From Gemmatimonadota bacterium (GTDB lineage: Bacteria; Latescibacterota; UBA2968; UBA8231), in NCBI GenBank assembly GCA_038153405.1, contig JAYOYH010000028.1, positions 1-41,720 of the forward strand: DNA of 41,720 nt, written 5' to 3'. Below are positions 1 through 8,644 of the stretch, in pieces; position 1 is the first letter of the stretch, and each line of letters opens with the position of its first letter. The position numbers and the translations under genes were made by a program. Under the pieces are notes generated by a model that was given only the letters and a program-made list of their open reading frames with translations, did no database searches and was not told where the DNA came from.

Positions 1-791
1 AGCGCCTTGAGCGGCACATTGTCGTCGGTCGGCAGGTAGTGGCGCAGCGGATTGTCGTCGAGCGCGCCGAGGAGCTGCCGGCGGTAGGGTGAAGCCCCTG
101 CGAGCAGCGCGGCCGACGGCGTGCTGTAGTCCATCGGACGCATCCACATATAGCCGTAGCCATATAAAAGCTGCCTGCGCGTATGCTGCGAGCGGTTGGG
201 CAGGCCAGCGTGCCAGGTGTTTTGCCCGAATAGAAAGGCATCGCCCGGCTTGCCGCAGATCTGCACCTCGCTCTCGTGCGTCAGCCCGTCGGCGCCCGTC
301 TGCGGTGCGCTGCCCCAGCGGTGGCTGCCGGGGATGACCTTGGTATTGCCGCGATTGGGTTCGGTCAAATCGCTGAGGATATAGGCGACGCGCAGGTAGT
401 AGAGCGATGTCGCCCCATCGACCTTGGGAAAGCGCGGGTTGGGGCCGTCCTGATGCCAGTTAATCTGAGCCCAGGTTTTGGCCTGCTGGTCGTCTGGATT
501 GGGATGGCGAATGCTCAGATTGGAGATGCAAAATTGAATGTTGTAGCCCATGATATTAACCACCAGCGGCAGGATCGCCGGCTCGTCGACGAGCGAGGCC
601 AGTTCGGGATGGCGGTCGATGCAGTGGTAGATATTGTGTGCTACGCTAGGCTCTTCTTCGGCCAGCACTTGATCAATGGCTGCGTTGAGGCGATCGACTT
701 TTTCCGGCGTCAGCACATCGGGCAGGACGAGGTAGCCATCGCGTTCAAATTGGGCGACCTGCGCGCGCAGTGTGTCCTCGTTGAGGTCCAT
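1..791 (-). CDS. PhyH-family Fe(II)/2-oxoglutarate dioxygenase; 3' end runs off the window
   Basis: Missing from the ORF track and translated manually from ATG at 791: MDLNEDTLRAQVAQFERDGYLVLPDVL...INWHQDGP...TKVIPGSHRW...PGDAFLFGQNTWHAG. Shows the DGY, HxD, IPGSH and distal His motifs, with no stop before base 1. Confidence 0.88.
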   Translation of the reverse strand, partial: MDLNEDTLRAQVAQFERDGYLVLPDVLTPEKVDRLNAAIDQVLAEEEPSVAHNIYHCIDRHPELASLVDEPAILPLVVNIMGYNIQFCISNLSIRHPNPDDQQAKTWAQINWHQDGPNPRFPKVDGATSLYYLRVAYILSDLTEPNRGNTKVIPGSHRWGSAPQTGADGLTHESEVQICGKPGDAFLFGQNTWHAGLPNRSQHTRRQLLYGYGYMWMRPMDYSTPSAALLAGASPYRRQLLGALDDNPLRHYLPTDDNVPLKA

Positions 792-793
792 TT

Positions 794-1630
794 TCAGCCT
801 TTGGCCTGCGCTAAGAGCGCGGGGAAATCGGTGCGCTCGGGAAACGAGGGCGGTTTGAGCAGCGCCTCGTGCAGCGGCGATAGAGCGGATAGTTCGGCCA
901 GCGTTTCCGGTGGAGCTGGCGGCGTGAAAGCCATGATGCCCGGACCGTAGCGCATGATGACGATGCGCCGCTGGTGATCGGCTGTCCACGGTAGGGCGCC
1001 GTGCGTTAGCGCCTCGGTAAAGAGGATGGCCGAACCGGCTTTGGCCGGCACGTGGCGCACAAACTCCGCGCCAACTTCCATGCGCCGCATTTCCCACGAA
1101 CAAAAGAAGTTGGCCTTGTGACTGCCCGGTATACAGCAGAAGCCGCCGTCGCCGGGATGGACGTCGCTGAGCAAATAGGCGATGGCCATTTGCCCGTTGC
1201 GCATGCGGCCCTGCTCAACGCGGTGAAAAAAGCCCTGCTCTAAATTGGGTGAGTGGCCCACGCCCCCGCCGTGCAGGATTTGCCCTTCGCTCCCCTTGGT
1301 GTTGGTGATACCCGTCAGACCCTCAAAACGCAGGTCGTCACCGATGGTATCGACCATGTACTCAAGCGCTTTGGGCAGAGCCATGAGCTGGCGGAAAGGG
1401 TCGCACCACGGCGCCGACCAGTTGAGACCGCTGAACGTTTGGCGGCCGTGCGTGCCGCTCAGTTGCTCCGATCCCGAGTTGAGCCCCGTAGGCGCAAGCG
1501 GTGCATCGGCTGCCATGTGCTGGTCGATCGCCGCATTGAGCGCATCGAGGAGCGCTGGGCTGAGGATGTCTTCAACGACGAGATAGCCATTGAGGTCAAA
1601 GAGGTATTTTTCGTATTCTGTCATAGTCAT
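794..1630 (-). CDS. PhyH-family Fe(II)/2OG dioxygenase-like protein with HxG instead of HxD
   Basis: FDLNGYLVVEDIL, ILHGGG, GGFCCIPGSHKANF and AGSAILFTEALTHG motifs. Ends 2 bp before the next PhyH gene. Confidence 0.85.
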   Translation of the reverse strand: MTMTEYEKYLFDLNGYLVVEDILSPALLDALNAAIDQHMAADAPLAPTGLNSGSEQLSGTHGRQTFSGLNWSAPWCDPFRQLMALPKALEYMVDTIGDDLRFEGLTGITNTKGSEGQILHGGGVGHSPNLEQGFFHRVEQGRMRNGQMAIAYLLSDVHPGDGGFCCIPGSHKANFFCSWEMRRMEVGAEFVRHVPAKAGSAILFTEALTHGALPWTADHQRRIVIMRYGPGIMAFTPPAPPETLAELSALSPLHEALLKPPSFPERTDFPALLAQAKG

Positions 1631-1769
1631 ATCGCGGATATGGGCGTCGCAGAAGTATCTTAATGAAAGAAAAAACGGCGTTTAGCAAAACGGTCGCTCT
1701 GCTTTTTTCGAGCGATTGTGCTCGAGCGATTTCTGCCGAGCCAACTGCTTATTGGGAAGGAACCCGACT

Positions 1770-2594
1770 ATGAGAGACATGCGCATAGCAGCGGTGCAGA
1801 TGAATTGTATCGTAGGCGATACCGAGCGCAATATTGCTACAATTGAACGTTTTGTCGACCAGGCGGTGCGCGAAGAGGTCGACATTGTCTGCTTTCCTGA
1901 ACTGTGCGTTTGTGGCTACAACGCCGGGGATGCGGATCACCCGTCCGCCGAACCGCTCGACGGCCCTTCGGTCGAACGGCTGTCCGAGATCGGTCGGCAG
2001 ACGGGCGTTACCTTTCTGGCGGGCCTATTGGAACGCGCGGTGAATGGGGTTGTCTACAACGCGCAGTGCGTTTTTGGCCCGCAGGGCATGCAGGGCGTTT
2101 ACCGAAAGACGCACGTGCCCACGAGTGAAAATGGCACCTGGTGTCAGGGCGACGAAGTGCCCATTTTCGAGCACGCCAAAGCGCGCTTTGGCATCGAGAT
2201 ATGCTACGACTCACACTTTCCCGAACTGAGCACGCTGCTGGCCGAAGACGGCGCCGAGATTCTGTTTTTTCCGCATGCATCGGGAGGAGAAACGCCCGAG
2301 GAAAAGCGCGCGCGCTGGCTGCGCTATATGCCGGCACGCGCCTACGATAATGCGGTCTACATGGCCGTCTGCAACCAAGTGGGTGACAACGGCGCCGGAC
2401 GCGTCTTTGCCGGCGTGGCCTTTATCTGCGACGCGCGCGGAGAGGTCGTGGCGGCCACGGAGCGCGGCGACTGCGCGGAGATGATCGTAGCCGACCTGCG
2501 GGCTGCGGATTTATACGAAGCGCGGCGCGTGCCGGAGACGTTCTTCCGCTACTTTCGCCGCCCAGACCTGTATGCGCGCAGTCGCATCAGATAA
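1770..2594 (+). CDS. Carbon-nitrogen hydrolase (nitrilase superfamily)
   Basis: Catalytic triad motifs FPE, YRKTH and ICYD. Start placed at ATG 1770 (MRDMRIAAVQ), after a purine-rich GGAAGGA. Confidence 0.9.
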   Translation: MRDMRIAAVQMNCIVGDTERNIATIERFVDQAVREEVDIVCFPELCVCGYNAGDADHPSAEPLDGPSVERLSEIGRQTGVTFLAGLLERAVNGVVYNAQCVFGPQGMQGVYRKTHVPTSENGTWCQGDEVPIFEHAKARFGIEICYDSHFPELSTLLAEDGAEILFFPHASGGETPEEKRARWLRYMPARAYDNAVYMAVCNQVGDNGAGRVFAGVAFICDARGEVVAATERGDCAEMIVADLRAADLYEARRVPETFFRYFRRPDLYARSRIR

Positions 2595-2620
2595 ATCCGG
2601 TTTCGTCTGGGCGTGCCCAA

Positions 2621-4186
2621 TCAGCCCGCTGCCTGCAGGCTGCCTAGCACCGCGCGCGAATCGTGTTCGGGCACGTCGCCAATTTCGGCCATTTTATCGT
2701 CGAGCAGGCCGAGCATGCGTTCGACGATGTCGCGCTTATCCGGCGCGTTAAAGCAGTTAAATAGCTCGAGTGGATCTTCCTGCGTATCAAAGAGCTCCCA
2801 GTCTTTTTCCTCAAAGTCGGCCGGCTGTGAACCGGGCGTATCGCACGCTTCGTTATACCAGTAGATCAGCTTGTAGCGGTGGTCGCGAATGCCGTAGTGG
2901 GCGTAGGCGTTGTGATTGTGGTCCTGGTTCATCCAGTAGCGTTGGTAGGCTGTTTTTTGCCAATCTTTCGGCTCTGGTCCTTCGAAAATCGGCCGCATGC
3001 TGGTTCCCTGAACGTAGCTGGGAATGGGCGCGCCGGCATAGTCGAGCCAGGTGGGTGCGAAGTCGACGTTACTAGCCATCGAACCGATGATCGAGCCGGG
3101 TTCCACAACGCCGGGAAAGCGGATGAGAAACGGCATGCGAAACGACTCTTCGTAGATAAAACGCTTGTCGTACCAGCCGTGCTCACCGAGGAAAAAGCCC
3201 TGGTCGGATGTGTAGATGACCATCGTATTGTCGGCGAGGCCCTCTTTGTCGAGCAGGTCGAGCAGGCGGCCGATGCTTTCGTCGATAGAGGCGACGGTGC
3301 GCAGATACTTCTGCATATAGCGCTGATATTTGAACTTCTTTAACTCTTCGCGGTTAGCAAAGGTGAAAACTTCGCCGGTGCGGCGGCAGATCAGCTTGAA
3401 GTCGCGATATTCGGCATCTGTCTCGGGAAAAGGCACCATCATCTGCGGCGTGCGTCGGTGCATCAGCGCGTACTGTTGGTTCTTGCTCGGATAGTAAGGC
3501 TGCACGAGGTCGAGGTCCTGGTACGTCATATCGGATTCCACGCGCATACGGGCGTGGAGAGCTGCTTTGGCGCGGTTGCTATAGTCGTCGTTAAACGAGT
3601 CGGGGTAGGGTATTTCGTCTGTGTAGAGGTCGTCGTATTTGGGGTGGTATTCCCACGAGCGGTGCGGTGCCTTATGGTGGCACATCATAAAAAAGGGGCG
3701 CTCCTTATCGCGCCCTTTGATCCAGTTGACGCATTTATCGGTAATGATATCGGTAGTGTAGCCCTCCTCGACGATATTTTGGCCGTTCTCAATCATGTCG
3801 GGATTGAAGTACTCGCCCTGTCCAGGCAGCACCGACCAGTAGTCAAAGCCGGTCGGGCAGTGCTGTGGTCCTTCGTGCAGGTGCCACTTGCCGACGATGG
3901 CCGTTTGGTAACCTGCGTACTGGAGGTGCTTGGCTACGTGCGGCATGCGGTTGTTAAAACCGGTGGCCAGTGAGGTGACGCCGTTGACGTGGTTGTAGGT
4001 GCCTGTTAGAATGGCGGCGCGGCTGGGCGTGCAGATGCTATTGGTCACATAGCAGTGGTCTAGGCGCGCTCCTTCGGCGCCGATGCGATCGATGTTGGGC
4101 GTTTGGTTGATACCGTGGCCGTAGGCCGAAATGGCCTGTGCGGCGTGATCGTCGGACATAATAAAGAGAATATTGGGGCGGGACAT
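2621..4186 (-). CDS. Formylglycine-dependent (Cys-type) sulfatase, no signal peptide
   Basis: RPNILFIMSDDH, CTPSRAAILTG, GKWHL and YTSDQGFFLGEHGWYDKRFIYEES motifs. Confidence 0.93.
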   Translation of the reverse strand: MSRPNILFIMSDDHAAQAISAYGHGINQTPNIDRIGAEGARLDHCYVTNSICTPSRAAILTGTYNHVNGVTSLATGFNNRMPHVAKHLQYAGYQTAIVGKWHLHEGPQHCPTGFDYWSVLPGQGEYFNPDMIENGQNIVEEGYTTDIITDKCVNWIKGRDKERPFFMMCHHKAPHRSWEYHPKYDDLYTDEIPYPDSFNDDYSNRAKAALHARMRVESDMTYQDLDLVQPYYPSKNQQYALMHRRTPQMMVPFPETDAEYRDFKLICRRTGEVFTFANREELKKFKYQRYMQKYLRTVASIDESIGRLLDLLDKEGLADNTMVIYTSDQGFFLGEHGWYDKRFIYEESFRMPFLIRFPGVVEPGSIIGSMASNVDFAPTWLDYAGAPIPSYVQGTSMRPIFEGPEPKDWQKTAYQRYWMNQDHNHNAYAHYGIRDHRYKLIYWYNEACDTPGSQPADFEEKDWELFDTQEDPLELFNCFNAPDKRDIVERMLGLLDDKMAEIGDVPEHDSRAVLGSLQAAG

Positions 4187-4296
4187 GGCGTCTATCCTTT
4201 GTAGAATGGGCCGGCTACAAGCAGGTTGGTCGGGCGCGATGATCGTCGGCTATTGGTGCGTTAATGGCTCAGTAAGCAGTCAAAATAGAGTGCGTG

Positions 4297-4302
4297 TATA
4301 AT
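4297..4302 (+). promoter_or_regulatory. Candidate -10 box (TATAAT) upstream of the lipoprotein gene
   Basis: Perfect TATAAT in the divergent intergenic region, but no matching -35 element seen. Confidence 0.3.
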
Positions 4303-4440
4303 GGGGGCAAGGAATGGAGCGAACGCATGGAGGACTGCGCGTGCGCCGGGCCAGTATCAAGGCGGCATACAGGTCTTGCTACGGTCACCTATTACGCGAT
4401 ATTTAAGTTGAAGAAAATCAATTTAAAAAGGACGGGTGCT

Positions 4441-4839
4441 ATGCGGCATATATTGCTATTTGCTTTGAGTATTTCACTGATGGGCTGTTTGGATGAAGAT
4501 AAAAACCCGCTATCGACGCTGACCAGCGATCGCGACAAACTGATCGGCACGTGGTACCTGAATACCGATGATATAGCGGCTATCATTCAGCAGGATGAGG
4601 ATTTGTTGGGGCTCGAGTCGTACGAAGCGACGTTTGCAGATGATGGAACCTATGTCGAGCGCTACACGATTATAGGAATAACGCTTGAGGTGACGGGAAC
4701 CTGGACGCTGGACGGCAACAAGCTGACCCAGGTTCAGGATGGAGATCGCTACGAATACACCGTGGTGATTACCGATGTAGCGCTAACGTTGACGGATGCC
4801 GAGGGCATGACCATCATTATGCGAAAGAAAAACGGCTAG
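4441..4839 (+). CDS. Lipoprotein with a probable lipocalin-like beta-barrel domain
   Basis: From ATG 4441: MRHILLFALSISLMGC lipobox, then LIGTW...TFADDGTY...GTWTLDGNKL, a pattern typical of lipocalin-like domains. Confidence 0.7.
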   Translation: MRHILLFALSISLMGCLDEDKNPLSTLTSDRDKLIGTWYLNTDDIAAIIQQDEDLLGLESYEATFADDGTYVERYTIIGITLEVTGTWTLDGNKLTQVQDGDRYEYTVVITDVALTLTDAEGMTIIMRKKNG

Positions 4840-4870
4840 GCATTCCTCATCGTCAATTAGCGGCAGGATA

Positions 4871-4907
4871 GCAGAGGCGCGGGTTGTTTCCGCGCCTCTG
4901 CTTTTTT
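4871..4907 (+). terminator. Rho-independent terminator between the convergent lipoprotein gene and trkH
   Basis: 12-bp perfect stem GCAGAGGCGCGG/CCGCGCCTCTGC, 7-nt loop, followed by TTTTTT. Confidence 0.85.
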
Positions 4908-4920
4908 GTTCTGCGCCCTC

Positions 4921-6456
4921 CTACTCGCGCGTTATATGGAGCCAGAAGCTTGGCATCAATAGCACGAGCAGCGTAGTCAGTTCGAGGCGTCCTAAGAGCA
5001 TGCAGAACGATAGGAATACTTTGGCGACGGACGGCAGCGCGGCGTAGTTCTGGGTTGGTCCCACCTGACCCAAGCCGGGACCGATGTTGCCCAGGCATGC
5101 AATCACCGCAGTGATTGACGTCGTCAGGTCCAAGCCGAGATAGGTCATAAACAGCGAACCGCCGACAAATATGAGAAAAAAAGCAATGGTAAAGACGAGA
5201 ATAGAATGCGATACCTCGGGAGCGACGACCACGCGCCCCACGCGTGTAGCAACGCGCATATGCGGCCTAAAGGTTTGGTAGATTTCTTGATAGACCACTT
5301 TAAACAGCACGATAATGCGAGACACTTTCATGCCGCCAGCCGTTGATCCGGCGCAGCCTCCCACGAACATCAGGCATAATAGAATAAACTTTGAAAATGT
5401 GGGATAGGCGTCAAAGTCATCGGTGCCAAAGCCCGTTGTCGTGATGATAGAAACAACCTGGAAAGAGGCATAGCGCAGTGCCTGCCACACGTTTTCGCCT
5501 TGGTGGTCGTAGGTGTTAAATGTTATGAGCGCGCAGGCAGCAAATATCAGCCCAGAGTAGACGTGTAGTTCGCTGTTGCGCGAAGCCGACCGCCAATGGC
5601 CGCGTATTACTTGGTGGTAGAGAGTAAAGTTTATACCGGCCATGAACATGAATATTGCAATGACCATTTCAATAGCGGCGCTGTTAAAGTGGCTTATACT
5701 GCTGTTGTAGTTGGAGTAGCCGCCGGTGGCCATGGTGGCGAAGCCGTGGCAAATCGCGTCAAATGGACTCATTCCGAGTAGAACTAGCAGCAGCGAAAGC
5801 ACAGCCGTAAACGCGGCGTAGATCTTCCACATAGCCAGCGCGGTTTCGCGTATTTTCGGGTGCAGTGCATCGGTAATGGGTCCGGGCACTTCCGAGCGCA
5901 GCAGCTGTTTGGCTCCGACCCCGAGTTGGGCAAAAAGAGCGGTAAACAAAACGATGATGCCCATGCCCCCCAGCCAGTGCGTCATCATGCGCCAGAACTG
6001 CAGGCCGTGTGAGACGACTTCGACATCTTCTATGACGGTAGCGCCCGTCGTGGTAAAGCCAGACGTTGCTTCGAAGTAGGCATCGGCAAAGTGGTCCAGC
6101 GTGCCGGCGAGCCAATACGGAAGTGCACCGTAGATTCCGATGAGCACCCATCCCAGGCCGACGACGGCCAGCGCTTCTCTGCGATAGATGATAGATCGGC
6201 TATTGCGTCCCCACATGTATAGCAGTGCGCCGCTGAAGAGTGTGATCGCTATGGAGAATGCAAAGGCTCTGGTCGCCTGCGTTTCGCCGTAAAAAAGCGT
6301 CCAGCCGATGGACATTACCATGGCGACGCCGAGCACGGCTAATAGCATGCTCAGCAGACGAGCGATTACCCGCAGTCCCGTAGTTTTCGAGCGAACCGGA
6401 GAGCGCGGAGGAGTATGCAGCTTGGGTCGTTCCCGTTGTAATTCCAGCGTATTCAT
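4921..6456 (-). CDS. trkH: TrkH-family potassium uptake membrane protein
   Basis: FEATSGFTTTGAT, WLGGMGIIV, TTTGF, GGCAGSTAGGMKV, GNIGPGLG and MLLGRLE motifs. Start uncertain (6456 or 6474 more likely than 6537). Confidence 0.93.
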   Translation of the reverse strand: MNTLELQRERPKLHTPPRSPVRSKTTGLRVIARLLSMLLAVLGVAMVMSIGWTLFYGETQATRAFAFSIAITLFSGALLYMWGRNSRSIIYRREALAVVGLGWVLIGIYGALPYWLAGTLDHFADAYFEATSGFTTTGATVIEDVEVVSHGLQFWRMMTHWLGGMGIIVLFTALFAQLGVGAKQLLRSEVPGPITDALHPKIRETALAMWKIYAAFTAVLSLLLVLLGMSPFDAICHGFATMATGGYSNYNSSISHFNSAAIEMVIAIFMFMAGINFTLYHQVIRGHWRSASRNSELHVYSGLIFAACALITFNTYDHQGENVWQALRYASFQVVSIITTTGFGTDDFDAYPTFSKFILLCLMFVGGCAGSTAGGMKVSRIIVLFKVVYQEIYQTFRPHMRVATRVGRVVVAPEVSHSILVFTIAFFLIFVGGSLFMTYLGLDLTTSITAVIACLGNIGPGLGQVGPTQNYAALPSVAKVFLSFCMLLGRLELTTLLVLLMPSFWLHITRE

Positions 6457-6621
6457 AATGGGCTCGTATTGCATGCGAGCAGAAAGCGAGACTGCTCGCG
6501 GTATGCGCAACGGCACGCGCTGCGCAATGAGTGGCATCAGTGGATTGTTGAATAGAGCAATCGCCTAGGCGGTGAAGGCCTAGGTGCGAGTTTATGCAAG
6601 GAGAAACGAGCGCTGCTGGGA

Positions 6622-6888
6622 TTAAATCAGGAGGGTTTGCTGCAGTATAAACAGGCGTTGGTCAATCGATTTGTGCGTCAGGGCAATTGCGTCGCGCGAT
6701 TGGATGACGCAGCGGTGGTGAGCATGTTCTACGAACCCGTCGTGCACGAACCGTTCGAGTTCGTTGAGCTCCTCGAGGGATTCGCACTCCACCACCTCTA
6801 CCCAGAATTGTGCATTGGGATGCGCATTTTGGCTAAGAGCGGCTAGTAAGAGCGCACAGCAGAGGATGAGTAGACCCGTTGATTTCAT
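6622..6888 (-). CDS. Small putative exported protein or leader ORF upstream of trkH
   Basis: 88 aa: MKS plus a hydrophobic stretch (signal-peptide-like), an acidic middle, EHAHHRC, and a hydrophobic C-terminus RLFILQQTLLI. Co-oriented with trkH. Confidence 0.5.
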   Translation of the reverse strand: MKSTGLLILCCALLLAALSQNAHPNAQFWVEVVECESLEELNELERFVHDGFVEHAHHRCVIQSRDAIALTHKSIDQRLFILQQTLLI

Positions 6889-7197
6889 GGGCTCATGCCA
6901 TTTTGCACAGCCGTTTTGCGGGCTGTGTCGCTTGGGCGAAGACGGTTTGCAAACCGTACCGGCGAACCGATCGGAACTCTACCAAAATATCGTCTATGTG
7001 TATGGGTTTGGCCATACCCTTTTTATGCGGGGACAATGCGTGCAGCCGAAGTCGAGTCGGAAGGTAGATGGCTGTCTTTGGCCCTATTGGCTATACATTG
7101 GCTATATTGATCCGTTGTCTCGCCGTATAGCGAGGATCAGAGGCATCTGCTTTGGGTTTGTTTCCGTTTATTAATGCCTATCAGTAGCAGGAGCACC

Positions 7198-8640
7198 ATG
7201 ACCAACATCGTCGTAATTGTCAGCGATCATTTAACAACTCGAGCGGTAGGAGCCTACGGGGAGAGCGCGTGGGCCGATACTCCCAACATAGACCGCATTG
7301 CTGCGCACGGTACGGTATTTGAGAATATGTATACGAGCTGTCCGCTATGCGCGCCGGCGCGGGCATCGTTCTGGACCGGCCGTTGTCCGCATCAGACAGG
7401 GGTCTTGTCCAATGGGGTGAGGGCGGAAAATCCTCGCGTCATAGCCAATCGGTCCGTGCCCGAGGATATGCCTACCCTGGGATCGCGCTTTCGCGAGGCC
7501 GGGTATAAAACAATCCACTTCGGTAAGACGCATGACTCGGGTGCGCTGCGGGGATTCGAAATCGTTTCGGGTGGAGAGCGCCGGTCCGAGCACGTGCCAG
7601 TAGGCTATCCTGAAAACAGCGATACGTGGAAAGACAACTGGGCGATGGACCGCTTTGGCGAGTGGGCCGAGGGCGACCTTGCTAGCCCGTTTTTGTGCGT
7701 CGTCGACTTACAAAATCCACACAACATCTGCGGTTGGATCGGTGAGCATAGCAGCCTCGATGAGCCCGTTGTTCACCCTGAGCGCGCGGTCGATCTGCCG
7801 GAACTCCCGGCAAATCATCGGGTGGAAGACTGGCAGAGTTTGCCGGTGCCCATTCGCTATATCTGCTGTAGCCACAACCGGGCGGCGCAGACGGCTCGCT
7901 ACAGCGACGAGGATTGGCGCTACTACATCGATGCGTTTCGCCACTACAGCAAAATGGCGGACGACCACGTGGGCACAGTTTTGCAAACGCTGGAAGAAAA
8001 AGGCGTGTTGGACGATACGCTGGTCGTGCTGATGGCTGATCACGGCGATGGCATGGGATCGCATCAAATGGCGACCAAGCAGGTTTCGTTTTACGAGGAA
8101 ACGGCGAGGGTGCCCTTTATTGCAGCGGGTCCGGGCGTGCGCGCCGGGGCGCGGGTGCAGACGCTGACGTCGCTACTCGATCTGCTGCCGGGACTGTGCG
8201 ACTATGCGGGTGTAGAAGTGCCGGAGGATTTGCCTGGCGTCAGTTTTGCACCGCTGCTGCGCGGCGAGCAGGTAGAGCGTGAGTTCGTGGCGAGCCAGTG
8301 GTACTCGGAATGGGGCTGCACCGTCAGTCCGGGACGGATGATTCGCAGTGCGGGCTACAAGTATACGTCGTATCTGGAGGGCAGCGGTGGTGCGGACAAT
8401 CCGGCCGGCGGAGAGGAACTGTACGATTTAGGGCAGGACCGCGGTGAAATGGTCAATTTGGCATTCGATCCGGCCTATCGCGACGCATTGCTGCAACACC
8501 GCGCGCTGCTGCAGCGCCATCTGCGAGACCAGGACGATCCGTTTTATTCGTATGAAGTAGTAGCGGACGCGCGCTGGCGCTCACACGAAGCTGGCTATGG
8601 GCATCACCAGGGACCCACGGCGCCGATGGCGCTTCGCTAG
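7198..8640 (+). CDS. Cys-type sulfatase (choline-sulfatase-like), no signal peptide
   Basis: NIVVIVSDH, CPLCAPARAS, GKTH, ADHGDG and FYEETARVP motifs. RBS AGGAG precedes ATG 7198. Confidence 0.9.
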   Translation: MTNIVVIVSDHLTTRAVGAYGESAWADTPNIDRIAAHGTVFENMYTSCPLCAPARASFWTGRCPHQTGVLSNGVRAENPRVIANRSVPEDMPTLGSRFREAGYKTIHFGKTHDSGALRGFEIVSGGERRSEHVPVGYPENSDTWKDNWAMDRFGEWAEGDLASPFLCVVDLQNPHNICGWIGEHSSLDEPVVHPERAVDLPELPANHRVEDWQSLPVPIRYICCSHNRAAQTARYSDEDWRYYIDAFRHYSKMADDHVGTVLQTLEEKGVLDDTLVVLMADHGDGMGSHQMATKQVSFYEETARVPFIAAGPGVRAGARVQTLTSLLDLLPGLCDYAGVEVPEDLPGVSFAPLLRGEQVEREFVASQWYSEWGCTVSPGRMIRSAGYKYTSYLEGSGGADNPAGGEELYDLGQDRGEMVNLAFDPAYRDALLQHRALLQRHLRDQDDPFYSYEVVADARWRSHEAGYGHHQGPTAPMALR

Positions 8641-8644
8641 CCGT

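Noticed and set aside
276..950. 224-aa plus-strand ORF and smaller plus-strand ORFs at 89-384
   Set aside because: Antisense shadows of the two minus-strand PhyH genes, which carry clear family motifs.
1708..1731. TCGAGCGATT direct repeat (14-bp period) between the PhyH and nitrilase genes
   Set aside because: Only two copies, off helical phase, with no supporting context; could be chance.
6457..6621. c-di-AMP (ydaO) riboswitch upstream of trkH
   Set aside because: Expected for K+ transporters, but the conserved ydaO sequence blocks were not recognisable; only generic hairpins are present.
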